A stretch of DNA of 64,000 bases from a virus, in IMG/VR virus record IMGVR_UViG_3300019854_000029, positions 1 to 64,000 of that record. The stretch is one strand, 5' to 3'. The notes below the pieces were generated by a model that saw nothing but the letters and a program-made list of their open reading frames with translations, had not been told where the DNA came from and did not search any database. Position 1 is the first letter of the stretch; each line of letters starts with the position of its first letter. Positions 36,293 to 45,502 of the stretch are shown here, piece by piece. Position numbers and translations under genes: made by a program.

Positions 36293-37021
36293 ATGCCCAT
36301 CAAAGAGGAACTTCCTCAAGAACACGCAGAAGCAACCCGGATTATAGAAGCCTGCCAAGAAGCCTACGGGCCACTATTTACCAGTTTCGTTGCGGCCTTG
36401 TTCCCCTCTCTCAAGCTCGAAACACCCGTATGCTGCTGCTCAGAAGCGAACTATGAGAACATTTTCAGTCTTACCGGAGACGAAATCCCGCTGCCTCGTA
36501 AGGTTACCCACTACGCGCTGGTCGGAAACGATGTAAAGCCTGTATCGGAAGGCGATGCTTTATTTACATTTTTCCCGGTGAAATCTGGCCTACTCCTGAC
36601 AGTAGACAAGAAACAGTTGATGTCTAAACTCGCCCCCATTGTCCCTGAGTATGCGGCGCGGGTGATAGATGACGTGCAAGAGGACCGACTGCAAATGTTG
36701 AGCAGGTGGCGCTACTTGCTTTCTCGTAAGCTCCAATCTCTCCTGTTCGGCTACTACAGCGTCAACACAAGCGGCATTATCACAAGGAATGATGAGAGTT
36801 ACCCCGCTTTTAACCTGTCTCTACGGGAACTCATGCAGAACGTGAGCGGCGAATATGGGGACTATGTGCTCGTGTCAGGCGGGCGAGCATATACGCCAGA
36901 GGAAGCCGCACACAATGAAGCCTTAATTCTGTCTCAAGCGCAACTCGCACCCTCGGAGAATGCTCTCATTGGGGCGCTCCAAACCCGCGCCGCATACGAG
37001 GCAACCGTGAAGGGACTGTGA
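36293..37021 (+). CDS. hypothetical protein
   Basis: 242-aa ORF with AAAGGA upstream, tightly packed in the operon. Confidence 0.7.
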   Translation: MPIKEELPQEHAEATRIIEACQEAYGPLFTSFVAALFPSLKLETPVCCCSEANYENIFSLTGDEIPLPRKVTHYALVGNDVKPVSEGDALFTFFPVKSGLLLTVDKKQLMSKLAPIVPEYAARVIDDVQEDRLQMLSRWRYLLSRKLQSLLFGYYSVNTSGIITRNDESYPAFNLSLRELMQNVSGEYGDYVLVSGGRAYTPEEAAHNEALILSQAQLAPSENALIGALQTRAAYEATVKGL

Positions 37022-37025
37022 CCCC

Positions 37026-37403
37026 GTGTTCATCGAAACCACGCGCCCAGACGTGAAAGAAACCATCCTCGTCCCTAGCCGCGAGTGGGACGAGGCGTGT
37101 AAGCCGATCACTGAAGCTATCCGCGAGCGCGGCTATGTCGATGTCGTGCGCACAACCCTCGGTAGGAACCCGCAAACACAATGGGTTTCATTGGCCGGGG
37201 ACGCAGACGGAAGCATCGTGCTTGACGACGTTGAAGCCCCATATTGCGGCGAGGTCACACTTAACGTCCCGCAGGCTCCCATGCCAGTTGTTGCAGTGAA
37301 GATGGGCGATGGGCCGGTCGAGTGGCGGCAGGAAGGTGATGAGATTGTGCCTCATCAAGACGAAACCGCATACCCGATTGATATAATTGCCATACTCTCA
37401 TAA
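37026..37403 (+). CDS. hypothetical protein
   Basis: 125-aa ORF with a GTG start 4 nt after the previous stop. Confidence 0.6.
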   Translation: MFIETTRPDVKETILVPSREWDEACKPITEAIRERGYVDVVRTTLGRNPQTQWVSLAGDADGSIVLDDVEAPYCGEVTLNVPQAPMPVVAVKMGDGPVEWRQEGDEIVPHQDETAYPIDIIAILS

Positions 37404-37429
37404 TTTATGTACACCATAGGAAGCTAAAC

Positions 37430-39331
37430 ATGGACCCGGAAAACACCCCAGACTTTGTGACCACCATCTTGAATGTTGGCACTCACTTCGCAGACGATGA
37501 AGCTCTCAAGGCCCTCTATAGCGCCTATGGGAGCACAAGCATCCCCGAAGAGTTCGCTATCGTGCGCAACGAGGACGGTAGTTACGACGTTATCCGCGCA
37601 GACGAAGTAGACGACCCCTCTAGCGTCGTCACCGAGCCTCCTTTCATGGCCGACGAAGCTGACACCCCCGCACGCGCGGTAGACGGGGAAGAGGAACCAG
37701 AAGAAGGCGATGAGCCGATCATTGTCCACTGGGACGAAGATGAGGACGAGGACGAAGAAGAAGCCTCTAGCATCACCGTAAAACCGGAAGCTCTGGCCGA
37801 AGCCTCCGAAACCGTAGCTCTCACCACTGAAGCCACTCCGCGTAAGAGCGAGAACGTGACGAGCCTCCTTGAAAGCGCCTCCAATATCGCGAACATTACT
37901 CCCGGCGACTACACGATCACCTACGGGGAAACCGTCAACATTAACCAGATCGACGCGCTCCTCCCGTTACGCGAATACCGTAAGGAAACCCGCAGGGGCC
38001 TGAACAATATCGTCAAAGACCTCGGCATCCTCAACCCCATTGTCGTGACCCTCACTGAGGAATACCAGAAGTACCTCGACGCTCACGGGTTCACGACCGC
38101 AGTAGAAGCAGACGCAGCCGGATACGCGGGAGCACGCTACAAGCTCCTCGACGGCTTCCGACGCATGTCCGCAGCCCTGACCTACAACCTTGAAGATGTC
38201 CCCGCGACGATCATCCGCTTCCGCGACCCCCAGCAGTCCAGCGAACTAGCAATATTCTTCCATCTCGTCCTCAACCGCCACCAAAAGCACACGTGGCCCG
38301 AAATCTGGAAGATGCTCCAAACCGTAGACCGCTCCTACACGGTCGAAGCCACAGCCCTCGACTGGCTCCTTGGCATCGACTTGGGCGACAGTATGCGCCT
38401 ACGCGACGTAATGGAATGCGAATACCCCGAAATCATTGACGAGTTCACCAGCGGGAAGCGCTCACTCCTCAAGAGCTACAACAGCTTGCAGAAAGCACGC
38501 CGAGACGAACAAAACCCGCGCGCAATCGACGACACTCGCAGCGTCAACGACGTTGAAGAGGCAAAAGACCTCGCAAACGACGAGGAACAAGCCCCATTGC
38601 CCGATGAGGAAGTCCAAAAGCTCCTCGGCATGGGTGAAGAACTCATCAGCGTCCGCGACGAACTCAACACTGAAGCAAACCTTTTCGCCGGGCTAACCGA
38701 CGAGGACCGTGAAAACTTGGAGAACACGCTCCTCCAAGACGAACTCAGTGGCCTGAAAGACGAGGACTTTCTCGACGAAGGCGAAGTCGTCCCGATCTTC
38801 AACAAGCCTTTCAGTCAGGGCGACGACCTTGACGACCGGTTCCCCGGCCTCGGTAAAGACGTTATCCAAGACCCCAAGAACCGCCAGCCGCTCCCGCCCG
38901 AAACCCGTGCAGCTATCCTCATGCGCGACGGCGCGAAGTGTCAGGCGTGTGGGTTCGGTGAAGGCTATAAGGACAACATTCACCTCGGACTGTTGGAATG
39001 CCACCACATCACCGCCGTGTACCTTGGTGGCGCTGACACTGCCAGTAACTTTGTGACCCTATGTAACCGCTGCCACGCAGCCGTTCACATTTTCGCTGGC
39101 GTTGGTGGACGTATCTACATGGATAAGGAACAGTTCAAGACCGTTCCCGCAGCTCAGAGGCGCACCGACGCTATCTGCTTGCACTACGCGAAGATTCTCC
39201 TACGCGCCGAAGCTGAAACCGGTAAGCGCCTCCGCAAGTACAAGCCTGCCCGCAACCCGTTCTGGGTGGCTCAGGCAATTGCAGAACGCGACGTAAAAAC
39301 CGTTGAAGCACTGACAGGTAGCGCAGCATGA
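37430..39331 (+). CDS. ParB/sulfiredoxin-like domain fused to an HNH endonuclease domain
   Basis: 633 aa. An acidic N-terminal region includes a DEDEDEDEEE run. The ParB-like core contains YKLLDGFRRMSAAL. The C-terminal HNH is CQACGF...LECHHITAVYLGGADTASNFVTLCNRCHAAVH. Confidence 0.8.
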   Translation: MDPENTPDFVTTILNVGTHFADDEALKALYSAYGSTSIPEEFAIVRNEDGSYDVIRADEVDDPSSVVTEPPFMADEADTPARAVDGEEEPEEGDEPIIVHWDEDEDEDEEEASSITVKPEALAEASETVALTTEATPRKSENVTSLLESASNIANITPGDYTITYGETVNINQIDALLPLREYRKETRRGLNNIVKDLGILNPIVVTLTEEYQKYLDAHGFTTAVEADAAGYAGARYKLLDGFRRMSAALTYNLEDVPATIIRFRDPQQSSELAIFFHLVLNRHQKHTWPEIWKMLQTVDRSYTVEATALDWLLGIDLGDSMRLRDVMECEYPEIIDEFTSGKRSLLKSYNSLQKARRDEQNPRAIDDTRSVNDVEEAKDLANDEEQAPLPDEEVQKLLGMGEELISVRDELNTEANLFAGLTDEDRENLENTLLQDELSGLKDEDFLDEGEVVPIFNKPFSQGDDLDDRFPGLGKDVIQDPKNRQPLPPETRAAILMRDGAKCQACGFGEGYKDNIHLGLLECHHITAVYLGGADTASNFVTLCNRCHAAVHIFAGVGGRIYMDKEQFKTVPAAQRRTDAICLHYAKILLRAEAETGKRLRKYKPARNPFWVAQAIAERDVKTVEALTGSAA

Positions 39332-40215
39332 GATGGCATGAAGCATCATTCATGGGCGCTCGCGGCTACGGGGCAACATTCCCCGACGCTGACGGCACTC
39401 TACGCGGCCTGATCGCAGCCTACATGCCCCTTGTGGGGGAGTTCTTTTGGGTTGCCCTCCCAAAGCCTACGGTCGGTGGCCCGGCGCTCTCAGGGGCGTT
39501 CCTGCTGTCCCGCGTGAACGTGACGCGCCTCGCTCGTCTCATCATCGAGTCGAACGGGGCGCGCGCCCTGTCTGAAACTGACCTTGTGTCCATGTATGAG
39601 ACCGTGATGGAAGAAGGCGCGCCATTCAAGCCCGAGAGCGCAGACAGGCAAACTCTCATGGTGTTCCAAACACCCCGCGCACTCATCTACGCGGACGAAG
39701 AAAACGGAAGCGTCCTCGTGACACTAGGGAAACCGGGCGAGGACGAAAAGATCAACGCTCAACCCACCTTGAAAGTCCTATGCGGCCTCTACTCGCCAGA
39801 CCAGACGCGCCTCCACGAAGGACTCTGGAAATACGCGGCAGAACGCGGGGCCACGCTCCCTAAGCAGTTCGAGGCGGGCGGCTACATGTGGATGCTCAAA
39901 ACCCGTAGCGGACAGTGGGCTTCCCTCGAAAACGACTTAGGGTACATAAAGACCCCTAGTGCGGCGATCAAACTAGAAGATGACACGGAAACCAAGTTGC
40001 AGAACATCCTCGACGAGTATCCCGCGACAGGAAACAACTTCATGTTCGACCTCGGTGTTCACGCGCAGAACATGTACATCGTGCGGCGTGCAATCGGATA
40101 CATGAAAGACCAACCCGCGCTTCCCGTGTTTGAGTTCGACCGCGAGGCGGCTATTATCCGTACCGCGAAAGCCTTACAACGCATGAAAAAACGAGCCGCT
40201 AGGCTCGCGCAGTAG
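39328..40215 (+). CDS. hypothetical protein
   Basis: 295-aa ORF. Its start overlaps the previous stop (ATGA), implying translational coupling. Confidence 0.7.
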   Translation: MRWHEASFMGARGYGATFPDADGTLRGLIAAYMPLVGEFFWVALPKPTVGGPALSGAFLLSRVNVTRLARLIIESNGARALSETDLVSMYETVMEEGAPFKPESADRQTLMVFQTPRALIYADEENGSVLVTLGKPGEDEKINAQPTLKVLCGLYSPDQTRLHEGLWKYAAERGATLPKQFEAGGYMWMLKTRSGQWASLENDLGYIKTPSAAIKLEDDTETKLQNILDEYPATGNNFMFDLGVHAQNMYIVRRAIGYMKDQPALPVFEFDREAAIIRTAKALQRMKKRAARLAQ

Positions 40216-40275
40216 CGTTAAAGACAGGCAACAAACTCGCGCTTACCCCATCAACCAACAGGAGAGAAAATACTG

Positions 40276-42219
40276 ATGCGTCCGTCGCTTATCACTTCAT
40301 CGTGTGCCCTTGCGGTACTGTTCGCTGTAGGTGTCGCACCGACCGCGTTCGCTGACGTAACCAGCGGGACACCCTCACCGTCCCCGTCCGTGACCGCCAC
40401 TGAAACGACCCCTACGCCGTCACCCACGCCCTCGGCAAGCAGCACGCCCAGCGCAACAACACCTAGTGAAGCAACGCCCACAGTCTCACCAACCCCCACC
40501 GCCGCACCTACCACAGCGACACCCACTCCAACCCCCACCGCCACCACGCCTGCCGCAGCCGACTTCATCCGCCAACATTGGCAAGAAATGGGCGGCGAGA
40601 ACGGTGTCCTCGGCTCTGCTACGTCTGGGCTAGTCCCATTGCGTGACGGCGCGTTCATTCAGTTCTATCGTGGTGGTCAAATCTACTGGACCGCCCAGTA
40701 TGGTGCTCATGCTTCACGCGGTGGAATCCACGGGGCCTACGGCTCCTACAAGTGGGAGAACGGGCCTCTCGGGTTCCCCACGTCCGATGAAGTAAACCGG
40801 ACGATTGCAGGTGTCCCCGGCGCGGTACAGACCTATGAGAACGGTCAGATCAGTTGGAGTAGCAGGGGAGGCGCGCACCCTATTTGGGGCAAAATCCTTG
40901 AACGCTACCAGAGCGCAGAAGCAGAAGGCCGTTCGCTGGGTTGGCCGCTGAATGACGAGATGAAGGACGCGGCCAACGGTGGCGCATATCAGCATTTCAC
41001 TGGTGGCTCGATCTACTTCCACCCATCTACCGGCGCACACCGAGTGACCGGGGGTATCCGCAACATGTGGGAAGCTCAGGGCTGGGAACGCGGCCAGATG
41101 GGCTACCCGACGGGCGAAGAAACTGCCACGGCTAATGGTGGCGTGTATCAGACTTTCCAAGGCGGAACCGCATACTGGCACCCGCGTACAGGCACTTACT
41201 ACGTGCATGGTGCGATGCTGGGAGCATACGGGCGCGCAGGATACGAATGGGGACGTTTCGGCTACCCGACCAGTAACGAAACCCCGTCCGCTAACGGCGG
41301 CGTGTTCCAGATTTTCCAAGGCGGCACAGCCTACTGGCATCCCGGTTCGGACTCTTATTTCGTCCACGACGCGATCATGGGCACTTATCGCTATTACAAC
41401 TGGGAACGAGGGGAACTCGGATACCCGCTGAGCGACGAAACCGGCACGGCGAACGGTGGCGTGTACCAGCGTTTCCAAGGCGGCACCGCATACTGGTCGC
41501 CGCGTACCGGCTCTCACGCGGTCACAGGCGAATTGCTCGGTGAATACGGTAACCACGGTTACGAGCACGGACACTTGGGCTACCCGACTTCCGAACCCTA
41601 TTGGGACGGTAACCGTCATAAGCAGAACTTTGAGCACGGTGTCCTCGAAAAAGCCCACGATTTCAACGTCGCATGGGCCGGTCAGCCGAACAACTATTTC
41701 TGTGGCCCGACGAGCGGTTGGATGGTTCTTAACGCTATCGGCGCTCACCGCTCCGCACAAGGCGTTCCCTTGAGCATTAACGCGCTCGCAAGCCGCGATT
41801 ACATGAACACCGTCGGATACGGGTACACGAGCTTCCATGACCGTCGTTTCGAGTACGGCATGAACAAGTGGCTGGGATACGACGCTTACACGACGATTCA
41901 CACGCCCACGGTCGATCAAGTCCGTGAAGCTGTGAAGAACTCCTTCCGTAAGGGGATACCCACTGTCGTTGACGCGCAAGAACGACGCGGAGGACCGCAC
42001 TACAACGGCCACCCGAACAGCACGTTCTCTCACATCATGGTTGTCACGTCCTACGACCCGAACACTGACTCTATGCGTATCGCTGACCCCGGTGTCCACT
42101 ACCTGTGGGGCGGCGAAGAGCAGTTCTGGTATCACCTGCCCTCGTTCACTCAACGGTTCCTCCAAACTGAGGTTGAGCGTGACGGGCGTGAGCATATCGG
42201 TATTTACACGGCTCGATGA
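40276..42219 (+). CDS. secreted LGFP-repeat protein with C-terminal papain-like (C39-like) peptidase domain
   Basis: Signal peptide (ALAVLFAVGVAPTAFA), a Pro/Thr/Ser linker and 6-7 LGFP-type repeats (PLGFPTSDE, LGWPLNDE, MGYPTGEE, FGYPTSNE, LGYPLSDE, LGYPTSEP). The C-terminal NYFCGPTSGW ... FSHIMVVTSYD ... IADP forms a Cys-His-Asp set. Confidence 0.8.
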   Translation: MRPSLITSSCALAVLFAVGVAPTAFADVTSGTPSPSPSVTATETTPTPSPTPSASSTPSATTPSEATPTVSPTPTAAPTTATPTPTPTATTPAAADFIRQHWQEMGGENGVLGSATSGLVPLRDGAFIQFYRGGQIYWTAQYGAHASRGGIHGAYGSYKWENGPLGFPTSDEVNRTIAGVPGAVQTYENGQISWSSRGGAHPIWGKILERYQSAEAEGRSLGWPLNDEMKDAANGGAYQHFTGGSIYFHPSTGAHRVTGGIRNMWEAQGWERGQMGYPTGEETATANGGVYQTFQGGTAYWHPRTGTYYVHGAMLGAYGRAGYEWGRFGYPTSNETPSANGGVFQIFQGGTAYWHPGSDSYFVHDAIMGTYRYYNWERGELGYPLSDETGTANGGVYQRFQGGTAYWSPRTGSHAVTGELLGEYGNHGYEHGHLGYPTSEPYWDGNRHKQNFEHGVLEKAHDFNVAWAGQPNNYFCGPTSGWMVLNAIGAHRSAQGVPLSINALASRDYMNTVGYGYTSFHDRRFEYGMNKWLGYDAYTTIHTPTVDQVREAVKNSFRKGIPTVVDAQERRGGPHYNGHPNSTFSHIMVVTSYDPNTDSMRIADPGVHYLWGGEEQFWYHLPSFTQRFLQTEVERDGREHIGIYTAR

Positions 42220-42228
42220 GGAAGAAGG

Positions 42229-43563
42229 ATGAGTTCGCTGCAATTGTCTGCCACACGTTTTAAGGGATTGTCGAGGCGATACCTCGCAGTCGTCGTACTG
42301 CTCATGGTGTCGGTGCTTGCGCTTGCGTTCTCGGGGCCGTCATACGCTTATGACGAGTCCTCGTCTCCGCATAACCAGAAAGATAAGCCTTCCACGTGGT
42401 GTCAGTATTGCGCGGACTCTGACTTCAACTACAACCCCAAAGAAAACAAGGGAATGTCGCAGCAAGACTCATACGATCTTGGTGCGGCTGGGTGTGGTAA
42501 TTTCGCGTTCACTGCAATGGAAGTGCGCGCGGGAGTGAAAGCACGCGGATACACGGTTCTCGATATGCGTTCTGAAGCGAAGAAACTCCAAGACGCAGAC
42601 AAGGACTCGCCGTTCGACGGCCAAGGCTGGCTCTACCAGAACAACTCGCAGGGCTTTAAGCAGGGCGTGGAGAACATTACCAACGGTGAACTCACTCTCG
42701 CCGGTATTGACGGGGACACGAATGGTGCCGGGCGTGGAAGCAACCAGTTCAGTGAAGATGACGTGCGTAACGCCATGAACGAAGGGTATTTCGTGGTCAT
42801 CATGGTCCAAATGGCTGGAAGCACGTCCCGCCACTGGATTGCGGGCGACTACGTTGAAGGCAACACGGTCCACACTATCGACTCCGGCGCGAAAGTCACC
42901 ACCCTTGACCGCACGCGCTACCCCGGTGGTATTGGCCCGATCTTGAAGTTCTCCCGTAAAGACGGGAAGAAACTCCAAGACCTCCCGCACATCGACGAAG
43001 CCGCCACGAACCTTGCCTCCAACAGTGGGGACTCGAACGTCGTCAACACGGGAATGTTGTCTGATTTTGACTTGCCCGGTATGCCTCCACGCACGCAGGG
43101 TGAAACCAAGCGCATGTCCTCTCAAGACATGGAAGAACTCGCGGGCGTTCAGCTTGCTAGTGCCAGTTTCGACAAGCTCAGTCAAACCGAGCGCGACAAC
43201 ATTGTGCAGATCAAGGAACAAAAGCAGCTAGAGGACGCGGCGAGCCTCGACGGCACGTTCTCGCTGGCTATCTCTGTTGTCGGTTTGCTCCTCATCGTGT
43301 GGGATGTTCTTCTTGCAGGCGCATACGCTATCGACCTTGTTTTCTCTGGGGTAGGGGCGTTCACGTTCTTGACGTTCGGCGGGTATGCGGTTCCTCCGGG
43401 CGGTCACGCGGATGAAGCCCTCGGAAGCCCCGACCGTGCGCGTAAGTGGCTCCCTATCCCCAAGGCTATTGGGGTGATGGTGTTGATTTTGCTTGCATCC
43501 GCCCTGTTGACGACGGGTATTTTGGCCGCTGGGATTCACAATCTAGTCACTAAAGTCGTATAG
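42229..43563 (+). CDS. secreted papain-like/CHAP-like hydrolase with C-terminal membrane anchor module
   Basis: N-terminal signal/TM (AVVVLLMVSVLALAF). It has LGAAGCGNFAF (catalytic Cys candidate) and TSRHWIAGDY...IDSG (His/Asp). The C-terminal DLPGMP...LLLIVWDVLL module with TM helices is homologous to the tail of 35063-36274. Confidence 0.7.
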   Translation: MSSLQLSATRFKGLSRRYLAVVVLLMVSVLALAFSGPSYAYDESSSPHNQKDKPSTWCQYCADSDFNYNPKENKGMSQQDSYDLGAAGCGNFAFTAMEVRAGVKARGYTVLDMRSEAKKLQDADKDSPFDGQGWLYQNNSQGFKQGVENITNGELTLAGIDGDTNGAGRGSNQFSEDDVRNAMNEGYFVVIMVQMAGSTSRHWIAGDYVEGNTVHTIDSGAKVTTLDRTRYPGGIGPILKFSRKDGKKLQDLPHIDEAATNLASNSGDSNVVNTGMLSDFDLPGMPPRTQGETKRMSSQDMEELAGVQLASASFDKLSQTERDNIVQIKEQKQLEDAASLDGTFSLAISVVGLLLIVWDVLLAGAYAIDLVFSGVGAFTFLTFGGYAVPPGGHADEALGSPDRARKWLPIPKAIGVMVLILLASALLTTGILAAGIHNLVTKVV

Positions 43564-43587
43564 GCCATACTGCTACTATTTGGGTAC
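43564..43587 (+). promoter_or_regulatory. Recurring upstream element, copy 2
   Basis: GCCATACTGCTACTATTTGGGTAC is 23 of 24 identical to 58029-58052. It is followed by TATGGT and lies 39 nt upstream of ATG 43626. Confidence 0.5.
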
Positions 43588-43625
43588 CCTATGGTATTCT
43601 TTTGTGTAACAACAGAGGAGAACAC

Positions 43626-44213
43626 ATGCCGTCCGTATCGTCCCTACAAAACGCCACAATCCCACTGCCAGAGGTGAACGCAGCAGCCCGCAAGCTCCCC
43701 GCCGTCTGCCCTGAATGCGGGTGGGCTACGCAAATCAGAGTGGACTATACGCGCCTCGAATGCACCAACCCTTACTGCACGGCAAAAATCGTTGAACGAG
43801 CCTACAAGCTCACCCGATACTGCGGGGTAGAAACCCTCTCATGGGACGACGTTAATTCTCACGTGCGCTCTCTTAACGTGAAGAACCCGCTCCGGCTCCT
43901 TGACCCCATGAGCCGCCAGAAGCTCTCGGACCTCATCATCGCAAGCCCCCGGCTAGTTCTCCCAAACTACGTCACAGCCGCGTTCCTCCCGCATGTGGGA
44001 CACAGTGAAGCCCGAGCCTTATTCGCCCCCGAGCAGACGTTAGAGGAAGCCTACGAGGGTGTTCTCACGGGTGGCGTGGGATACATCAAGAACAAGCTCG
44101 CCATTCCAGACGACACATACAGCTCCCGAGCAGGGCGAATCTACGAAAGCCTCCTCGAATACAAGACCACCCTCGAAGATACGAAGCACCTCATCGAAAG
44201 CAGCCAGAAATGA
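43626..44213 (+). CDS. protein resembling only the Zn-finger + helix-hairpin-helix module of NAD-dependent DNA ligase
   Basis: ATG 43626 has GAGGAG 5 nt upstream. CPECG-x14-CTNPYCTAK matches the LigA C4 zinc finger (CPxCG...C.N..CPAQ). FLPHVGHSEARALFA resembles the LigA HhH (I.HVG...A..LA). There is no adenylation (KxDG) or OB region. Confidence 0.6.
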   Translation: MPSVSSLQNATIPLPEVNAAARKLPAVCPECGWATQIRVDYTRLECTNPYCTAKIVERAYKLTRYCGVETLSWDDVNSHVRSLNVKNPLRLLDPMSRQKLSDLIIASPRLVLPNYVTAAFLPHVGHSEARALFAPEQTLEEAYEGVLTGGVGYIKNKLAIPDDTYSSRAGRIYESLLEYKTTLEDTKHLIESSQK

Positions 44214-44716
44214 CCAGCAACGAGACTCATAAGGATTACACGGTGGTCGCATACGTCTCCCCACTGTTCGCCAGAGTGGGAGGCCGCACATGCACAATCA
44301 TGTTGAAAGCGGACAATGAAACCGTGCTTTGGGAGAAAGAAACACCCCTAGCGGAAGGCGTGAACGCGACATCAGTTATCCTCACGCTCCTCGCAGAAGC
44401 CCTCCCAGCTTTAGCGCCAAAGATCACGAACCCTGACGCTACGCTCACGTTCGAGGTGTACAAGGACACGATCTATTCAATCCTGAAAGACGGATACGTG
44501 AACCGCCGTTACCGTGAGGAAATCAAAACCCTCATGGGTAGTGCGGTAAACGTTATCCCTAACCGTAAAGTCAAGGTTGAGATGCTGAATGGGCGCTCAA
44601 AAATGCGTTCACTCAAACTGCTCGCAGAACACGAAAGCCCCGCTCCTGAAACGAAGCCCCTCGTTGACATGCTCCTTGAGGACTTTTTCGACGAACTCCA
44701 AGACCAAACCAAATGA
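44210..44716 (+). CDS. hypothetical protein
   Basis: 168-aa ORF with an ATGA overlap with the upstream gene. Confidence 0.7.
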   Translation: MTSNETHKDYTVVAYVSPLFARVGGRTCTIMLKADNETVLWEKETPLAEGVNATSVILTLLAEALPALAPKITNPDATLTFEVYKDTIYSILKDGYVNRRYREEIKTLMGSAVNVIPNRKVKVEMLNGRSKMRSLKLLAEHESPAPETKPLVDMLLEDFFDELQDQTK

Positions 44717-44883
44717 CAACCAGCCAGAAAGACCAAGCCATGTTCCACATCAAGCGGCAACGCAAACGCAAGCCCCGCCACGCGCCCTACACGCAATCCG
44801 GCAAGCCGCCGGTCGTGAAAGAGTGCGACAAACCCAAGCGTGACCAGTTCACGCCGCCCATGTGGCCGTCAACGCCCCGCTAA
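44713..44883 (+). CDS. small basic protein (56 aa), not in the ORF track
   Basis: ATG 44713 overlaps the upstream stop (ATGA). The product is MTTSQKDQAMFHIKRQRKRKPRHAPYTQSGKPPVVKECDKPKRDQFTPPMWPSTPR, with the stop at 44881-44883. It is below the track's length cutoff. Confidence 0.45.
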   Translation: MTTSQKDQAMFHIKRQRKRKPRHAPYTQSGKPPVVKECDKPKRDQFTPPMWPSTPR

Positions 44884-44905
44884 AACCGTGCGGTACTTCA
44901 GTAGA

Positions 44906-45472
44906 ATGAGGCTCGCTGACCCGGCGGGCCTGTGGCAAACGTTCGCGTCCATTAAGGAAGTCGCTCGACGCTACGACGTACCCACGTTGGAAATTATTCG
45001 AGCCGTACAAAACGACCCTGATAAGGACGCTTCACGCTATAACCTGTATGCGACGAGCGCAGCCGCAGCAGCTAACGACAAGAGACGCGAACAAACCCAC
45101 CAGTACCGGAACATCCCACTGTTAGAGGCAACGTCTAGCACCATTGAAGGCGTAAAAGACGGCTCCCTAGCTGGGACACTCGACGATGGGTTCCTCGCAT
45201 ACCGTGCCTACCAAGAAACCGTCGATATCGACAGTGACATCCCGTTCGAGGAAGCCGTTAAAGACCTCGACGCTCTCACGCTGAAATACGTTGAGGACGG
45301 CATCAACCTCAAGGCCATGATCGACGCTGCCCCCATCGTGAAGAGCGCGGCCCGTAATCTTGAAGAGTTCCTAGCCGCTCACCCCAGTGTCCGGGGGAGC
45401 GTTTTAGGGTATATCGCGTCCGCACCATCGTGGAAACAAACTAGGGACGCACTCACTCACGCAAATGAATGA
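44906..45472 (+). CDS. hypothetical protein
   Basis: ATG 44906 lies inside track ORF 44840-45472, and this choice avoids overlap with the small ORF. IKEVARRYDVPTLEIIRAV is HTH-like. Confidence 0.65.
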   Translation: MRLADPAGLWQTFASIKEVARRYDVPTLEIIRAVQNDPDKDASRYNLYATSAAAAANDKRREQTHQYRNIPLLEATSSTIEGVKDGSLAGTLDDGFLAYRAYQETVDIDSDIPFEEAVKDLDALTLKYVEDGINLKAMIDAAPIVKSAARNLEEFLAAHPSVRGSVLGYIASAPSWKQTRDALTHANE

Positions 45473-45486
45473 ATATGCGTCCCTAG
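45441..45486. terminator. hairpin between convergent genes
   Basis: 10-bp stem CTAGGGACGC (45441-45450) / GCGTCCCTAG (45477-45486). The left arm lies inside the 3' end of the upstream CDS. Confidence 0.45.
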
Positions 45487-45502
45487 CAGGGTTTTAGTGG
45501 TC

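Noticed and set aside
40714-42243. 509-aa minus-strand ORF
   Set aside because: It is entirely antisense to the LGFP-repeat gene, whose signal peptide, repeats and catalytic triad clearly mark the plus strand as coding. Long antisense ORFs are expected in GC-rich repetitive genes.
42469-43221. 250-aa minus-strand ORF
   Set aside because: It is antisense to the hydrolase gene 42229-43563, which has paralog support from the shared C-terminal module.
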